A stretch of DNA of 64,000 nucleotides from Longimicrobiales bacterium (GTDB lineage Bacteria; Gemmatimonadota; Gemmatimonadetes; Longimicrobiales; Gaopeijiaceae). Position 1 is the stretch's first letter. Each line of letters opens with the position of its first letter. This document shows positions 1 to 10,130 of the stretch, one piece after another. The position numbers and the translations under genes are program-made. The stretch spans positions 4,224,001 to 4,288,000 of the forward strand of contig OZ250165.1 in assembly GCA_965238005.1 (NCBI GenBank). The letters are read 5' to 3'. The notes beneath the pieces are model-generated. The model did no database searches. It was not told the origin of the DNA and saw only the letters and a program-made list of their open reading frames with translations.

Positions 1-508
1 CCACCCTGGACAGGTCGTAGTCACCAAAGAACGACAGCAGGGGTGCGCCGGTGCCGTCGATCTCTCCCCGGCCGATGGCGATTCCGATGAGAGCCGAGGT
101 GACCGATTTGGTCACGGACTGGAGGGAATGGACGTCGCGCCCCTGAAAGTAGGGGTGCCAGTCGGGGTGGTAGTAGTTGTATTGGTGGGGCGACATGTCC
201 CGTCCGCGACTGGCCGCTCGGTAATCGTTCTCGTAGCGCTCATTCACGATCAGGTAGCCGTTCTTGACGACCACCATCCGGTCGATGTGGCCGTACGTTC
301 CGTCTTCGATGGTCCGGTCCAGATCCGCGAAGAGCGTTCCGTTCAGGCCCTGAGCTTCGAGGGTGGACGTCGCCCATCCCTCGGTGGGCCAGGGAGCCTG
401 CTGTGCCGAGGTGGCGGTCGTCGGGCCCAGGGCGAAGAGGGGGGAGGCCAGGCCGAGCGAGAGTAGAGCTGGGGCGGGGGTCCGATTCCATCGTGGCACT
501 CTTGTCAT
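1..508 (-). CDS. Secreted serine hydrolase, beta-lactamase family (runs off left edge)
   Basis: Not in the ORF track. Manual translation from ATG at 508 gives MTRVPRWNRTPAPALLSLGLA...WPTEGW...HSLQSVTKSVTSALIGIAI, with an SxxK motif and a signal peptide. Confidence 0.85.
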   Translation of the reverse strand, partial: MTRVPRWNRTPAPALLSLGLASPLFALGPTTATSAQQAPWPTEGWATSTLEAQGLNGTLFADLDRTIEDGTYGHIDRMVVVKNGYLIVNERYENDYRAASRGRDMSPHQYNYYHPDWHPYFQGRDVHSLQSVTKSVTSALIGIAIGRGEIDGTGAPLLSFFGDYDLSRV

Positions 509-689
509 GATCGTTCCTGCCCCTCTATGGTGTTTTCCCTGACGTGCTCAACTCCCGGGCGTTTCCCCCAGGCGCTTCCGAGCAACGATGGTTCGGCTCC
601 CGGTCTCCAGGGGGAACTCGGATCTTCAATGATAAGACCTCGCGCGGCTAGAGCCCCCATCACTGTCCGACTTCCTCTTCGGAGGGGCA

Positions 690-737
690 TACGTATCTTT
701 ATATCCTGAGTATACGTACGGTTGCATGTCCAAGAAG
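690..737 (-). promoter_or_regulatory. Conserved AT-rich palindromic element, copy 1
   Basis: Reverse complement CTTCTTGGACA..CGTACGTATACTCAGGATATAAAGATACGTA matches 54703-54754 (core 29/31). Confidence 0.6.
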
Positions 738-829
738 GCTGACGGTGGGTCAGCCGTAGGCTCGCGGCCGAGGCACGGGGCATGTCGGGATCGCCAAGCC
801 GCCCTGGTGGAGGACTGGTTCCAGTGAAC

Positions 830-2548
830 CTAATCTCCCCCGCCCGTCCAGCCCGGACCCTTGACCACCTGTCCTGGTAGCGCACCCGTGTGCTCGCCGT
901 CAGCCAGAACCTGCGCGCCGTTCACGAACACGTGGACCATGCCGGTGGCGTACTGGTGGGGATCCTCATAGGTGGCGTGATCGATGATGGTCTCGGGGTC
1001 GAAGATCACCACGTCGGCGAAGTAGCCGGGCTCCAGGCTACCGCGACCGGCGATGCCGAGGTTGCCCGCCGGAAGTGAGGTGAGCTTTCTCACCGCCTCC
1101 TCGAGTGAGATGACCCGCTCCTCTCGCACGTACTTGCCCAGGAGGCGGGCGAAGTTGCCGTAGGCTCGTGGGTGGGTGCTGAAGTTCGAGAAGGGTGGCT
1201 CGGGAGACATGGAGCCGGCGTCGGAGTCGAAGGAGACCCACGGTATGGCGATCTGCTTCATCACGTTCTCTTCCGACATGAGAAAGTAGACCACCTGTAC
1301 CCGGCTCCCGTCCTCGATGACCAGGTCCATGGCCGTCTCCTGGGGACTCGTGCCCCGCTCCTCAACCACCTCCGCCAGGGTCTGTCCCGTATACCCACGC
1401 AGATCGGGGTTCATGAACCCCACGAGCAGTGTTCCCTCGGGCCCGGCGGCTCGCATGAGGTTCTCCCACTCGGCGGTGGGCGTCACCATCTCGCGGGCTA
1501 CCCTGGCCCGGATGTCCGGATCGCGAAGGCGCTCGGCCCAGGCGTCGTAGCCGCCCTCCTGCACCCACGGAGGCATTGATGCGTCCAGCCCCGTCGATCC
1601 GGCCGTATAAGTGTACATGTCGGCCGTGATGTGGAGACCCTCGGCCTGAGCTTCCTCCACTCGGGCGATCACCTGGTCCATCTTGGGCCAGTTCTGCATG
1701 CCTCCGGCCTTCAGGTGATAGATCTCTGCGGGAACGCCGGCTTCCCGGGCGATGGTGACGAGCTCCTCCACGGCCTCCATGAGCCCGTTACCCTCGCTCC
1801 GCATGTGGGAGATGTACATGCCGCCGTACTCCGCCGCGGCGCGGGTCAGCGCGATGAGCTCATCGGTATCCGCGTAGAATCCCGGCGCGTAGATGAGCGA
1901 GGATGCGATCCCCAAGGCGCCCTCCTCCATGGCCTGCCGGACGAGCCCCTCCATCCGCTCCAGCTCCTCGGCAGTGGGCGCTCGATCCTCGTAGCCGAGC
2001 TCGTGTACGCGCGGCGTGGCGGCGCCCAGGAAAGAGGCGACGTTCGTGGCGGTGCCTTCTGCCACCAGGTAGTCGAGGTACTCGCCCAGCGTGGTCCAAG
2101 GTACTTCGAGAGCACCCCCTAGAACCTCGGCCGTGGCTTCCTCGGAGCCCATGTAGGACACGAAGTCGTCCAGCCACTCCTGCTTCATGGCGTTGTTCAT
2201 GGGACCCATGGAGTTTCCTTCGCCGAATACCTCCAGGGTGACCCCCTGGCGGATGTCGCCCTGGGAACGACCGTCGATGATGAGGGACTCGGTGGCCCAG
2301 CTCAGCATGTTGATGAAGCCGGGAGCCACGGCCAGGCCTTCGGCGGCGACGACGGTCGTGGCTGTGGCGCCGGAGAGGTCGCCGACGGCCTCGACGGTCT
2401 CTCCGACGATGCCCACGTCTCCGACGAAGGGCGCCGCCCCGCTCCCGTCGTAGATCGTGCCGCCGCGGATGAGCACGTCGTACTCGGGGGTGCCTTCACA
2501 CGCCAGGAAGGCGAGGGTCGCCAGGGTCCAAGTCCACCGGAGCTTCAT
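830..2548 (-). CDS. N-acyl-D-amino-acid deacylase (amidohydrolase), lipoprotein
   Basis: Lipobox LAC; motifs APGFINMLSW, HMRSEG, HPRAYGNFAR and RGSLEPGYFADVVIFD. Confidence 0.9.
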   Translation of the reverse strand: MKLRWTWTLATLAFLACEGTPEYDVLIRGGTIYDGSGAAPFVGDVGIVGETVEAVGDLSGATATTVVAAEGLAVAPGFINMLSWATESLIIDGRSQGDIRQGVTLEVFGEGNSMGPMNNAMKQEWLDDFVSYMGSEEATAEVLGGALEVPWTTLGEYLDYLVAEGTATNVASFLGAATPRVHELGYEDRAPTAEELERMEGLVRQAMEEGALGIASSLIYAPGFYADTDELIALTRAAAEYGGMYISHMRSEGNGLMEAVEELVTIAREAGVPAEIYHLKAGGMQNWPKMDQVIARVEEAQAEGLHITADMYTYTAGSTGLDASMPPWVQEGGYDAWAERLRDPDIRARVAREMVTPTAEWENLMRAAGPEGTLLVGFMNPDLRGYTGQTLAEVVEERGTSPQETAMDLVIEDGSRVQVVYFLMSEENVMKQIAIPWVSFDSDAGSMSPEPPFSNFSTHPRAYGNFARLLGKYVREERVISLEEAVRKLTSLPAGNLGIAGRGSLEPGYFADVVIFDPETIIDHATYEDPHQYATGMVHVFVNGAQVLADGEHTGALPGQVVKGPGWTGGGD

Positions 2549-2682
2549 GTCACGGGTCCTTTCAGATCACGAGCCAATCGCGGGTCCCCACCATACCACG
2601 CGGCGGGCGTCGGCCATAGCGACTCAAGGGGAACTCACGTCGTGCCCTCGATATAGTGGAACGACGGATTCGAGGGCGTGGG

Positions 2683-2732
2683 ATCGCGGGGGGGAGTCGA
2701 AATCGCGGGGGGAGTCGAATTGGGGGGGGAGT
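2683..2732. repeat. Short G-rich tandem repeat (~2.5 x ATCGC-G6/7-AGTCGAA)
   Basis: Units at 2683-2701 and 2702-2719, and a degenerate unit at 2720-2732, in a divergent intergenic region. Confidence 0.7.
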
Positions 2733-2766
2733 GGCGGTGGAGGCTGAAAGACCCCAGCCTTCACCC

Positions 2767-3516
2767 ATGAACTCGAACCGAAGACCGTGCCTTGCCGGAG
2801 TGCTCCTCGCTGCGTTGTCGGTGGTCTCCTGTGCGACACGGCCCGGGCCCGAGGCGCCGGCCCCGACGGCGCGCGAAGATCCCCTGGCCATCCACTGGGC
2901 CCGCACGGCGGCGGAGCACTGGGCCGTATACGAGCAGACCTTCCGGTGGATCGGAGAGCGCGTGGCCGCCCAAGCACAGGGACGGGATCGGGGCTCATGG
3001 GCCGTGATCATGGATGCCGACGAGACGGTCCTGGACAACTCCGAGTATCAGCTTCGCCGGGCCCGCCAGGGCCTGGGTTACACTCCCGAGAGCTGGAACG
3101 CCTGGGTGCGGGAAGAGGCCGCACCGGCGCTCCCAGGGGCCGTGGCGCTCGTGCGCAGGATCCGTGAGATGGGAGGGCGCGTGGCCATCGTCAGCAATCG
3201 TGACGAGGAGGTGTGCGATCCGACGCGGCGTAACCTGGAGGCCGTGGGACTGGACGTTGATGTCGTGCTGTGCCGGCAGCGCCCCGGGGGCAAAGAGGGC
3301 CGGTTCCGTGCGGTTGCGGAGGGAGGCACGTCAGCCGGCCTGCCTCCACTCGAGGTCGTGGCCTGGGTGGGGGACAACATCCAGGACTTTCCGGGAGGAT
3401 CCCAGGAGCTCCGCGACGCGGAGCCCGAGTCGCTCGCCGATTTCGGGGTGCGTTTCTTCATCCTACCCAACCCCATGTACGGAAGCTGGGAGAGAAACCC
3501 CCCCCGAGATCCCTGA
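2767..3516 (+). CDS. Class C acid phosphatase / 5'-nucleotidase lipoprotein, e(P4)-like HAD family
   Basis: DADETVLDN, SNR, GDNIQDF and LPNPMYGSWE motifs; lipobox VVSC. Start moved to ATG 2767. Confidence 0.9.
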   Translation: MNSNRRPCLAGVLLAALSVVSCATRPGPEAPAPTAREDPLAIHWARTAAEHWAVYEQTFRWIGERVAAQAQGRDRGSWAVIMDADETVLDNSEYQLRRARQGLGYTPESWNAWVREEAAPALPGAVALVRRIREMGGRVAIVSNRDEEVCDPTRRNLEAVGLDVDVVLCRQRPGGKEGRFRAVAEGGTSAGLPPLEVVAWVGDNIQDFPGGSQELRDAEPESLADFGVRFFILPNPMYGSWERNPPRDP

Positions 3517-3608
3517 ACGCGCGTGTGGGCGCACCGAATGGTGGAGGAGGGAGGCGTCCGAGGTCGCCGAACGGGTGTCAGGGGGGCGCACCCGGAGTCG
3601 GCGGAACC

Positions 3609-6600
3609 TCAAGGCCCGTTCGTCTGCACCCCGCCGTTCCCCACCTTCACGAGCCGCACGCGTGCCTTCCCGAACATCTCCTGAAGCTCGCCCAGGGTTT
3701 CCCCACTGGGATCGACCTTCAGTGTCCGCGACCGGAGAAGTGGTGAGGGCGTGCCGTTGTCACTGCCCAGCGTGAGCTCCACGGGCGCTGTTCCGGGGTG
3801 GGCCACCAGGACCTCCTTGGCCCGTGCGAATACGTCGGCGTCCAGCTCGGCCCCGATGGGGAGCTCGATCTGAAGGGCCAGCTTGCCACTGTTGGCGAGC
3901 CCCTCCAGGACGACGGCCTCGTCGAGAAAGATGGGCGGATCCTCTTCGTCCCGCTCGCGTCCGCTGACTTTCCCGGAGATGAGCACCACAACGTCCTGCC
4001 GGAGGACTACCTTGTACTTTTGCCAGTTGTCCTTGAAGGCCAGGATGGTGGCGGTTCCGTGGAAGTCCTCTACGGTGATCTTCCCCCACTCCGAGTTGTC
4101 CCGGCGTGAGATCTGCCGCGCCACCTTGGTCACCACGCAAGCCAGCTGCACGGGCTGCCCGGCGTGGTCCTTGAGATTGCTCGAGTTCAGCAGGTCGAAG
4201 GCCCGGACCACGTCCCCATGGCGATCCAGCGGATGCCCGGAGATGAAGAAGCCCAGCGCCTCCTTCTCCCTCTTGAGGCGCTCCTGGTCGGGCCACTCGG
4301 GCACGCCCGGCAGGCCCGGATCGGATCTCTCGAGGGCCGTCTCACTGACTCCGAAAAGCGACGCCTGGCCGGCCTCCTCCTCGGCCTTCCGGGCGCTGAT
4401 CTCCGAGTACGCCGTGTCGAGGCCGGCCAGAAGCTGGGACCGGTGTCCGAACGAATCCAGGGCGCCCGCGGCGATCAGGGCTTCCGCCGCGCGCTTGTTC
4501 AAGGCCCGCAGGTCGACCCGCTCCAAGAAGTCGAACATGGTCTTGAAGGGCCCGTCGATGCGGGCGGCCAGGATCGAATTCACCCCGCTCGATCCGACGC
4601 CACGGACCGCGCCCAGCCCGAATCGGATCTGCGTCTGGCTCACCGCCGTGAACTTCCACCCCGACTCGTTCACATCCGGAGGGAGGACCTCGAGCCCGTC
4701 GTTCAGTTGTGGGAGGTACCGAGGCAGATCCCGGCACTCACCGATGTACTTCACGACGTCGTCGGTGTTGGAGAGCACCGCCGAGAGCATGGCCGCCATG
4801 AACTCGGCCGGGAAGTGCGCCTTGAGCCACGCCGTGTGATACGAGAGAAGCGAATACGCGACCGAGTGGGACAGGTTGAAGCCGTACCGCCCGAAGGTCT
4901 CGATCTGTTCGGCGAGGCTCTGCGCGACACGCTTGTCGACGCCCCGCTCCACCGACTTGTCGATGAACTGAGCGAGCTCCTCCCGGATGAGCTTGGCGAT
5001 CTTCTTTCCCATCGCCTTCCGGAGCACGTCCGCCTCGGCCATGTTGTAGCCTGCCAGGACGTTGGCGATGCGCATCACCTGTTCCTGATAGACGATGATG
5101 CCGTACGTGGACTCCAGGACGGGCTCGAGATCCGGATGGTCGTAGCGCACCGGCTCCTGGCCGACCTTGCGCCTGATGTATGCGTCGGTCATGCCCGAGT
5201 CGAGGGGGCCCGGCCGAATGAGGGCGTTGCTGGCCACCAGGTCATCGAAGCGGTCGCAGCGCATCGCTCGCAGCTTGTCCACCGCCAATCGTGACTCGAA
5301 CTGGAAGACGCCGGAGGTGCCGCCCCGAGCCAACATCCGGTAGACGGCGGGGTCGTCCCGGGGGATGTCGTCTATGGACTCGTAGACGTCGCCGCTCTCC
5401 GGGTGCCGGAGCTCTCCGAGCCGGGCCTTCACGGCCTCCACCGCGTCGTGGATGACCGTGAGGGTCTTGAGGCCCAGGAAGTCCATCTTGAGCATCCCGG
5501 CGTCCTCGAGGCAGTTCATGTCGTACTGTGTAACGTACATCGCTTCGGCGGCGTCGCCGTTCGACCCGCTCTTCCCGGTCTGGATACACACCGGCACGTA
5601 GTTGTCCAGCGGACCGGGGGCGATGACGACGCCGGCGGCGTGGACCGAGGAATGCCTCGAGAGGCCCTCCAGCGTCATCGAATAGTCGAAGAGCTGCTGG
5701 TATCGCCCCCCCTCCTCGTAGAGCTCCTTGACCTCCTTGAGCCCCTTCACGGCCTCCTCCACCGTGAAGGCTTGGCCGGGCGCGTTGGGGATCATCTTGG
5801 CGATGCGGTCGGTCTCGGACGGCTCGAACCCCAGAGTCCGGCCCACGTCCCTGATCACCGCCCGCGACTTCATGGTCCCGAAGGTGATGATCTGCCCGAC
5901 GGCGTTCTGACCGTACTTGTCCTTCACGTAGTCGATGACTTCTCCCCGACGCTCGTAGCAGAAGTCGATGTCGATGTCCGGCATCGAGATCCGCTCGGGG
6001 TTGAGGAAGCGCTCGAAGAGGAGGCCGAACTCCAGCGGATCCAGGTTGGTGATCCAGAGCGCGTAGGCCACGATGGACCCGGCGGCGGAGCCCCTTCCGG
6101 GACCCACGGGGATTCCGTGACGCCGGGCCCAGTCGATGAAGTCCCAGGTGATCAGGAAGTATCCGGCGTAGCCCGTCTCGGTGATGACGCCGAGCTCGTA
6201 GTCGAGCCGTTTCTGGACGGGCTCCGGCAGCGGGTCGCCGTAGCGCTTCTTGGCGCCCAGGGTCGCCAGGTGGATCAGGTACTCGTTCTCATCCTCCTGC
6301 CCCTCGGGAAGAGGGAACGCCGGTAGATGGTAGGTCTTCTTGAAGCCGAGGTTCACCTCGTCGGCGATCTTGAGCGTGTTCTCGAGGACGTCGGGCCGGT
6401 CCGGAAAGCGCTCGGCGATCTCCGGGGCGCTCTTGAAGTAGAGGCCCTGGTCGTAGCGCATGCGGCTCGGGTCGCTTCGGTCCTTCCCGAGGCCGATGCA
6501 CAGCAGCACGTCGTGGGCCTCGTGGTCCTCCGCCTGCAGGAAGTGGGCATCGTTCGTGGCGATGACTGGGAGCCCCATCTCCTCGCCCAGCTTGAAGATC

Positions 6601-7166
6601 CTGGAGTTGAGCTCGGCCTGTCCTTCGGAGTCGTGGGCCTGGACCTCCAGGTAGTAGCGGTCCCGGAAGAGGTTGGCGTACCAGTCGGCGGCTTCCCTGG
6701 CCCCCTCCCAGTTGTCGGCCATGAGGTTCCGGGCCACCTCCCCCGCCATGCAGGCGGAGCTGACGACGATGCCGCCGGAATACGCGGTCAGGACCTCCCG
6801 GTCCACCCGCGGCCTGTGATAGAAGCCCTCCGTGTACGCGATGGAGGAGAGCTTCACGAGGTTCTCGTAGCCCTCCATGTCCCGGGCCAGCAGGACCAGA
6901 TGGTAGTAGGCCCGTTCTCCCTGGCCGGCCTTCGAGCGGTCCCGGCGATCCCCGGGAGCCACGTAGGCCTCCATCCCGATAATGGGCTTGAGTCCTTCCT
7001 TGCTGGCCAGCTTGTGGAATGCCCAGGCGCCGAAGAGGCAGCCGTGGTCCGTAAGGGCCAGGCCGGGCATCTCGAATTCCTTGGCCCGGTGAACGAGGTC
7101 GGTGAGGCGGTTGGCTCCGTCGAGGAGGGAGTACTCGGAGTGTGTATGGAGGTGGACGAAGCTCAC
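3609..7166 (-). CDS. dnaE: DNA polymerase III alpha subunit
   Basis: PHP motif HLHTHSEYSLLDG, GPGRGSAAGS, MPDIDIDF, C-terminal OB fold. Likely GTG start at 7166. Confidence 0.97.
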   Translation of the reverse strand: MSFVHLHTHSEYSLLDGANRLTDLVHRAKEFEMPGLALTDHGCLFGAWAFHKLASKEGLKPIIGMEAYVAPGDRRDRSKAGQGERAYYHLVLLARDMEGYENLVKLSSIAYTEGFYHRPRVDREVLTAYSGGIVVSSACMAGEVARNLMADNWEGAREAADWYANLFRDRYYLEVQAHDSEGQAELNSRIFKLGEEMGLPVIATNDAHFLQAEDHEAHDVLLCIGLGKDRSDPSRMRYDQGLYFKSAPEIAERFPDRPDVLENTLKIADEVNLGFKKTYHLPAFPLPEGQEDENEYLIHLATLGAKKRYGDPLPEPVQKRLDYELGVITETGYAGYFLITWDFIDWARRHGIPVGPGRGSAAGSIVAYALWITNLDPLEFGLLFERFLNPERISMPDIDIDFCYERRGEVIDYVKDKYGQNAVGQIITFGTMKSRAVIRDVGRTLGFEPSETDRIAKMIPNAPGQAFTVEEAVKGLKEVKELYEEGGRYQQLFDYSMTLEGLSRHSSVHAAGVVIAPGPLDNYVPVCIQTGKSGSNGDAAEAMYVTQYDMNCLEDAGMLKMDFLGLKTLTVIHDAVEAVKARLGELRHPESGDVYESIDDIPRDDPAVYRMLARGGTSGVFQFESRLAVDKLRAMRCDRFDDLVASNALIRPGPLDSGMTDAYIRRKVGQEPVRYDHPDLEPVLESTYGIIVYQEQVMRIANVLAGYNMAEADVLRKAMGKKIAKLIREELAQFIDKSVERGVDKRVAQSLAEQIETFGRYGFNLSHSVAYSLLSYHTAWLKAHFPAEFMAAMLSAVLSNTDDVVKYIGECRDLPRYLPQLNDGLEVLPPDVNESGWKFTAVSQTQIRFGLGAVRGVGSSGVNSILAARIDGPFKTMFDFLERVDLRALNKRAAEALIAAGALDSFGHRSQLLAGLDTAYSEISARKAEEEAGQASLFGVSETALERSDPGLPGVPEWPDQERLKREKEALGFFISGHPLDRHGDVVRAFDLLNSSNLKDHAGQPVQLACVVTKVARQISRRDNSEWGKITVEDFHGTATILAFKDNWQKYKVVLRQDVVVLISGKVSGRERDEEDPPIFLDEAVVLEGLANSGKLALQIELPIGAELDADVFARAKEVLVAHPGTAPVELTLGSDNGTPSPLLRSRTLKVDPSGETLGELQEMFGKARVRLVKVGNGGVQTNGP

Positions 7167-7373
7167 AGCGCTCGGTTCACACAAAAAAGGTTGAGGGGGC
7201 GGCCGGGCACGCTTCTCAGCGACGAAAGCGGTCGACGACCCTCCATTCTACACCGTGTGGGGAGAGGTCACAAAGGACCGGATGCGCCGATGGCGTAACC
7301 ACGCGCTTTAGGGTTCGAGAACTCCGCCGCTGGGAGGCTTCGAGTGCCGTGGGCCCCCGGGGTTGGTCCCTCG

Positions 7374-7796
7374 CTACTCGATGACCCAGCTGTACTTGTC
7401 CCCGGAGTTCCACTTGGGTGGGGGCAGGAGGTCCAGGAGCGTGAGGCCGAGCGTGGCGTCGGACGTGATGAGGGTCACGCCGATGGTGAAGGGCGTGCCA
7501 CCCCAGTTGTCGAAGTCCAGCACGTAGTCCGACTTCGTCAGGTTGAAGTCGCCGGGGAGGTACGCCTCCATGCCCGTGGGAACCACGCCCCGGCTGGCGT
7601 CGGGGGGCCAGGTGTTCTGATCCGCCTGGAACTCGAGGGCGGCGACGCGAACGACCGCCATGTCGGCATACGCGTCCGCCGCCCGCGCCTTCACCAGAAC
7701 GTCACTCAGCTTGGGCTGGGCGATGGCGGCCAGAATGCTGACGATGAGGACGACCACCAGCAGCTCGGCTAAAGAGAACCCTCTGCGATCGCTCAT
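7374..7796 (-). CDS. Type IV pilin-like protein (prepilin N-methylation motif)
   Basis: G|FSLAELLVVVLIVSILAAIA cleavage motif with Glu5. Confidence 0.9.
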   Translation of the reverse strand: MSDRRGFSLAELLVVVLIVSILAAIAQPKLSDVLVKARAADAYADMAVVRVAALEFQADQNTWPPDASRGVVPTGMEAYLPGDFNLTKSDYVLDFDNWGGTPFTIGVTLITSDATLGLTLLDLLPPPKWNSGDKYSWVIE

Positions 7797-8311
7797 CCGC
7801 CCGCCGCCTGTGTGGTTACGACATTTTTGGCATCCTGCAGGAGCTCCTCAACGGGTTGTGTGGAGACATAGTCGATGGTGACTCCGGAGACCCTCCCACG
7901 GAGTAGGAAGGCTGAGTCGGCCATGGTTATGTATTCGACGCCGGCCAGGACGTCCTCTTCCGTTTCCCGGAGCGAGCTGGGAAGCCTCCCGTTGTCCTTC
8001 ATGAACTTCTGGATGCGGCCGAGCTGGAGGTACATCTCGATCCGGAGCCCCGCCTCTTGCACGGCCACCGGCACCTGCGGGGGAGGGGTCGGCTGTAGAG
8101 CCGGCGGGGGGAAGACCCAGAGCCAGAAGGAGATGACCGCCAGCGCCGGCGCCAAGAGAGGACTGAGCTGGCGGCGCAGCGGATGCGCCGAGACCTGCTG
8201 GCGGCGGTCCGAGCGGCGCTGCTGATCGGCTATAACGTCCGATAGGGCGTCGCCGTATTCGCTACCGGTCTTGGCTTCCGGGCGAGAGGGGGGGCGCTTT
8301 TCTTCGGTCAT
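7793..8311 (-). CDS. Hypothetical single-TM protein, coupled to the pilin gene
   Basis: One hydrophobic helix; ATGA overlap with the pilin start. Confidence 0.7.
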   Translation of the reverse strand: MTEEKRPPSRPEAKTGSEYGDALSDVIADQQRRSDRRQQVSAHPLRRQLSPLLAPALAVISFWLWVFPPPALQPTPPPQVPVAVQEAGLRIEMYLQLGRIQKFMKDNGRLPSSLRETEEDVLAGVEYITMADSAFLLRGRVSGVTIDYVSTQPVEELLQDAKNVVTTQAAGG

Positions 8312-8508
8312 TCGGCCTGTCGGGCGGGGTTCCGATGTTCAACGGTCAGCGATGCGATCGGCGTGCACGCCATCATACAATGTACTACCGCTTCGGCGCG
8401 CAGCCCAAGAATAAACATCGGGCCCGGCTCCCGCGGCCTTGTGGGCGGCCGCCGAACCGCCTATCAAGGTTAGACGCCCGTCGTATCGAGCCGAATCCGG
8501 ACTTCGCC

Positions 8509-10053
8509 ATGTGGCTTTGGATCCTGGGAATCGCCCTGCTCCTGGTAGTGCTTTACGACGTCACGCAGAAGCGGCATGCCATCCTCAGGAACTTCCCCAT
8601 CATCGGCCACTTTCGGTACCTCCTGGAGTCCATCGGCCCCGAGCTCAGGCAGTACATCGTCACGGGCAACGACGAAGAGCGACCCTTCTCGCGGGACCAG
8701 CGGAGCTGGATCTACGCCTCCTCCAAGAAGGAGAACAACTACTTCGGATTCGGTACCGACAACGAGCTCGAGCGGACGTCCAACTACCTGATCATCAAGC
8801 ATCGGGTCATGGGCTCGGGCCCCAGCGCCGAGGGCAAGGCCTACGGGCAATCCGGGGGCGACGAGAGCTACAGGGTGCCCTGCGCAAAGGTGCTGGGAGG
8901 GCCGAGGCGCCGCCCGGGAGCGTTTCGGCCCCACTCGGTGGTCAACGTCTCCGGCATGAGCTTCGGCTCGCTCTCGGGCGCGGCGGTGGCAGCCATGAAC
9001 GAAGGTGCCAAGATCGCCGGCTGTCTACAGAACACCGGGGAGGGAGGGATCTCTCCGTACCATCAGCGGGGTGGCGAGCTCATCTGGCAGATCGGGACGG
9101 GGTACTTCGGCTGCAGGGACGGGCTTGGGTATTTCCACATGGAGCGGTTCCTGCAGGGTGTGGACGCGAATCCAGTCCGTGCCGTGGAGATCAAGCTCAG
9201 CCAGGGTGCCAAGCCGGGTCTCGGGGGATTGCTGCCCGGGGCCAAGGTCACCCCGGAGATCGCCGAGATCAGGGGCGTTCCCGTCGGCGAGGACGTCTAC
9301 AGTCCCGCGACCCACTCCGCATTCTCCAGCGTCGATGGCATGCTGGACTTCGTGGAGCGCCTGGCGGAGGCGAGTGGTCTACCCGTGGGGATCAAGTCCG
9401 CCGTCGGCGACCATCGCTTCTTCGAGGAGCTCGCGAACCTCATGTCCCGGGGCGATCGCGGGGTGGACTTCATCACCATCGACGGCGGGGAGGGGGGCAC
9501 GGGAGCCGCACCGCTCGCGTTCTCGGATCACGTGGCTCTGCCCTTCAAGATCGCCTTCAGCCGCGTCTACCGGATCCTGGCCGAGGCCGGAGTCCACGAG
9601 AACGTGGTCCTCATGGGATCCGGAAAGCTGGGCTTCCCGGCTGTTGGAATGCTTGCCTTCGCCCTCGGGTGCGACACGATCAACGTGGGTCGGGAGGCCA
9701 TGATGGCCGTGGGCTGCATCCAGGCGCAACGCTGCCACACGGACCACTGCCCCACCGGCGTGGCGACGCAGAACCGCTGGCTGGTCCGGGGCCTCGACCC
9801 GACGTCCAAGGCCGCTCGGCTGGCCAACTACGTGATCAGCCTGCGTAAGGAGATCCTCCAGCTGAGCCGAGCGTGTGGCGTGCCTCACCCGGGGCTGCTA
9901 TCGGGGGAGCACATCGAGATTCTGGACGGGCGCTTCGGGTCCTCCAACCTCTACGAGATGTTCGGCTATCGGCCCGAATGGGGCTTCCCGTCGGCCCGGG
10001 ACCAGGAGGAGATCCGGGCGGTGATGGCGGGGGCTGAGGGAGCGAGCAGGTAG
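8509..10053 (+). CDS. FMN-binding glutamate synthase family protein
   Basis: MSFGSLS, NTGEGG, EIKLSQGAKPG, DGGEGGTGAAP and CIQAQRCHTDHCPTGVATQ motifs; start at MWLWILG. Confidence 0.93.
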   Translation: MWLWILGIALLLVVLYDVTQKRHAILRNFPIIGHFRYLLESIGPELRQYIVTGNDEERPFSRDQRSWIYASSKKENNYFGFGTDNELERTSNYLIIKHRVMGSGPSAEGKAYGQSGGDESYRVPCAKVLGGPRRRPGAFRPHSVVNVSGMSFGSLSGAAVAAMNEGAKIAGCLQNTGEGGISPYHQRGGELIWQIGTGYFGCRDGLGYFHMERFLQGVDANPVRAVEIKLSQGAKPGLGGLLPGAKVTPEIAEIRGVPVGEDVYSPATHSAFSSVDGMLDFVERLAEASGLPVGIKSAVGDHRFFEELANLMSRGDRGVDFITIDGGEGGTGAAPLAFSDHVALPFKIAFSRVYRILAEAGVHENVVLMGSGKLGFPAVGMLAFALGCDTINVGREAMMAVGCIQAQRCHTDHCPTGVATQNRWLVRGLDPTSKAARLANYVISLRKEILQLSRACGVPHPGLLSGEHIEILDGRFGSSNLYEMFGYRPEWGFPSARDQEEIRAVMAGAEGASR

Positions 10054-10130
10054 GCTCGCGATCTGTCATGGGTGGCGCCCGCCCCCTATTTTATCCTCAT
10101 CAATACAGGCGCTCGGTCCGGAGGAGTACC

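Noticed and set aside
3609..7166. Intein in dnaE
   Set aside because: Normal length; no intein splice motifs seen.
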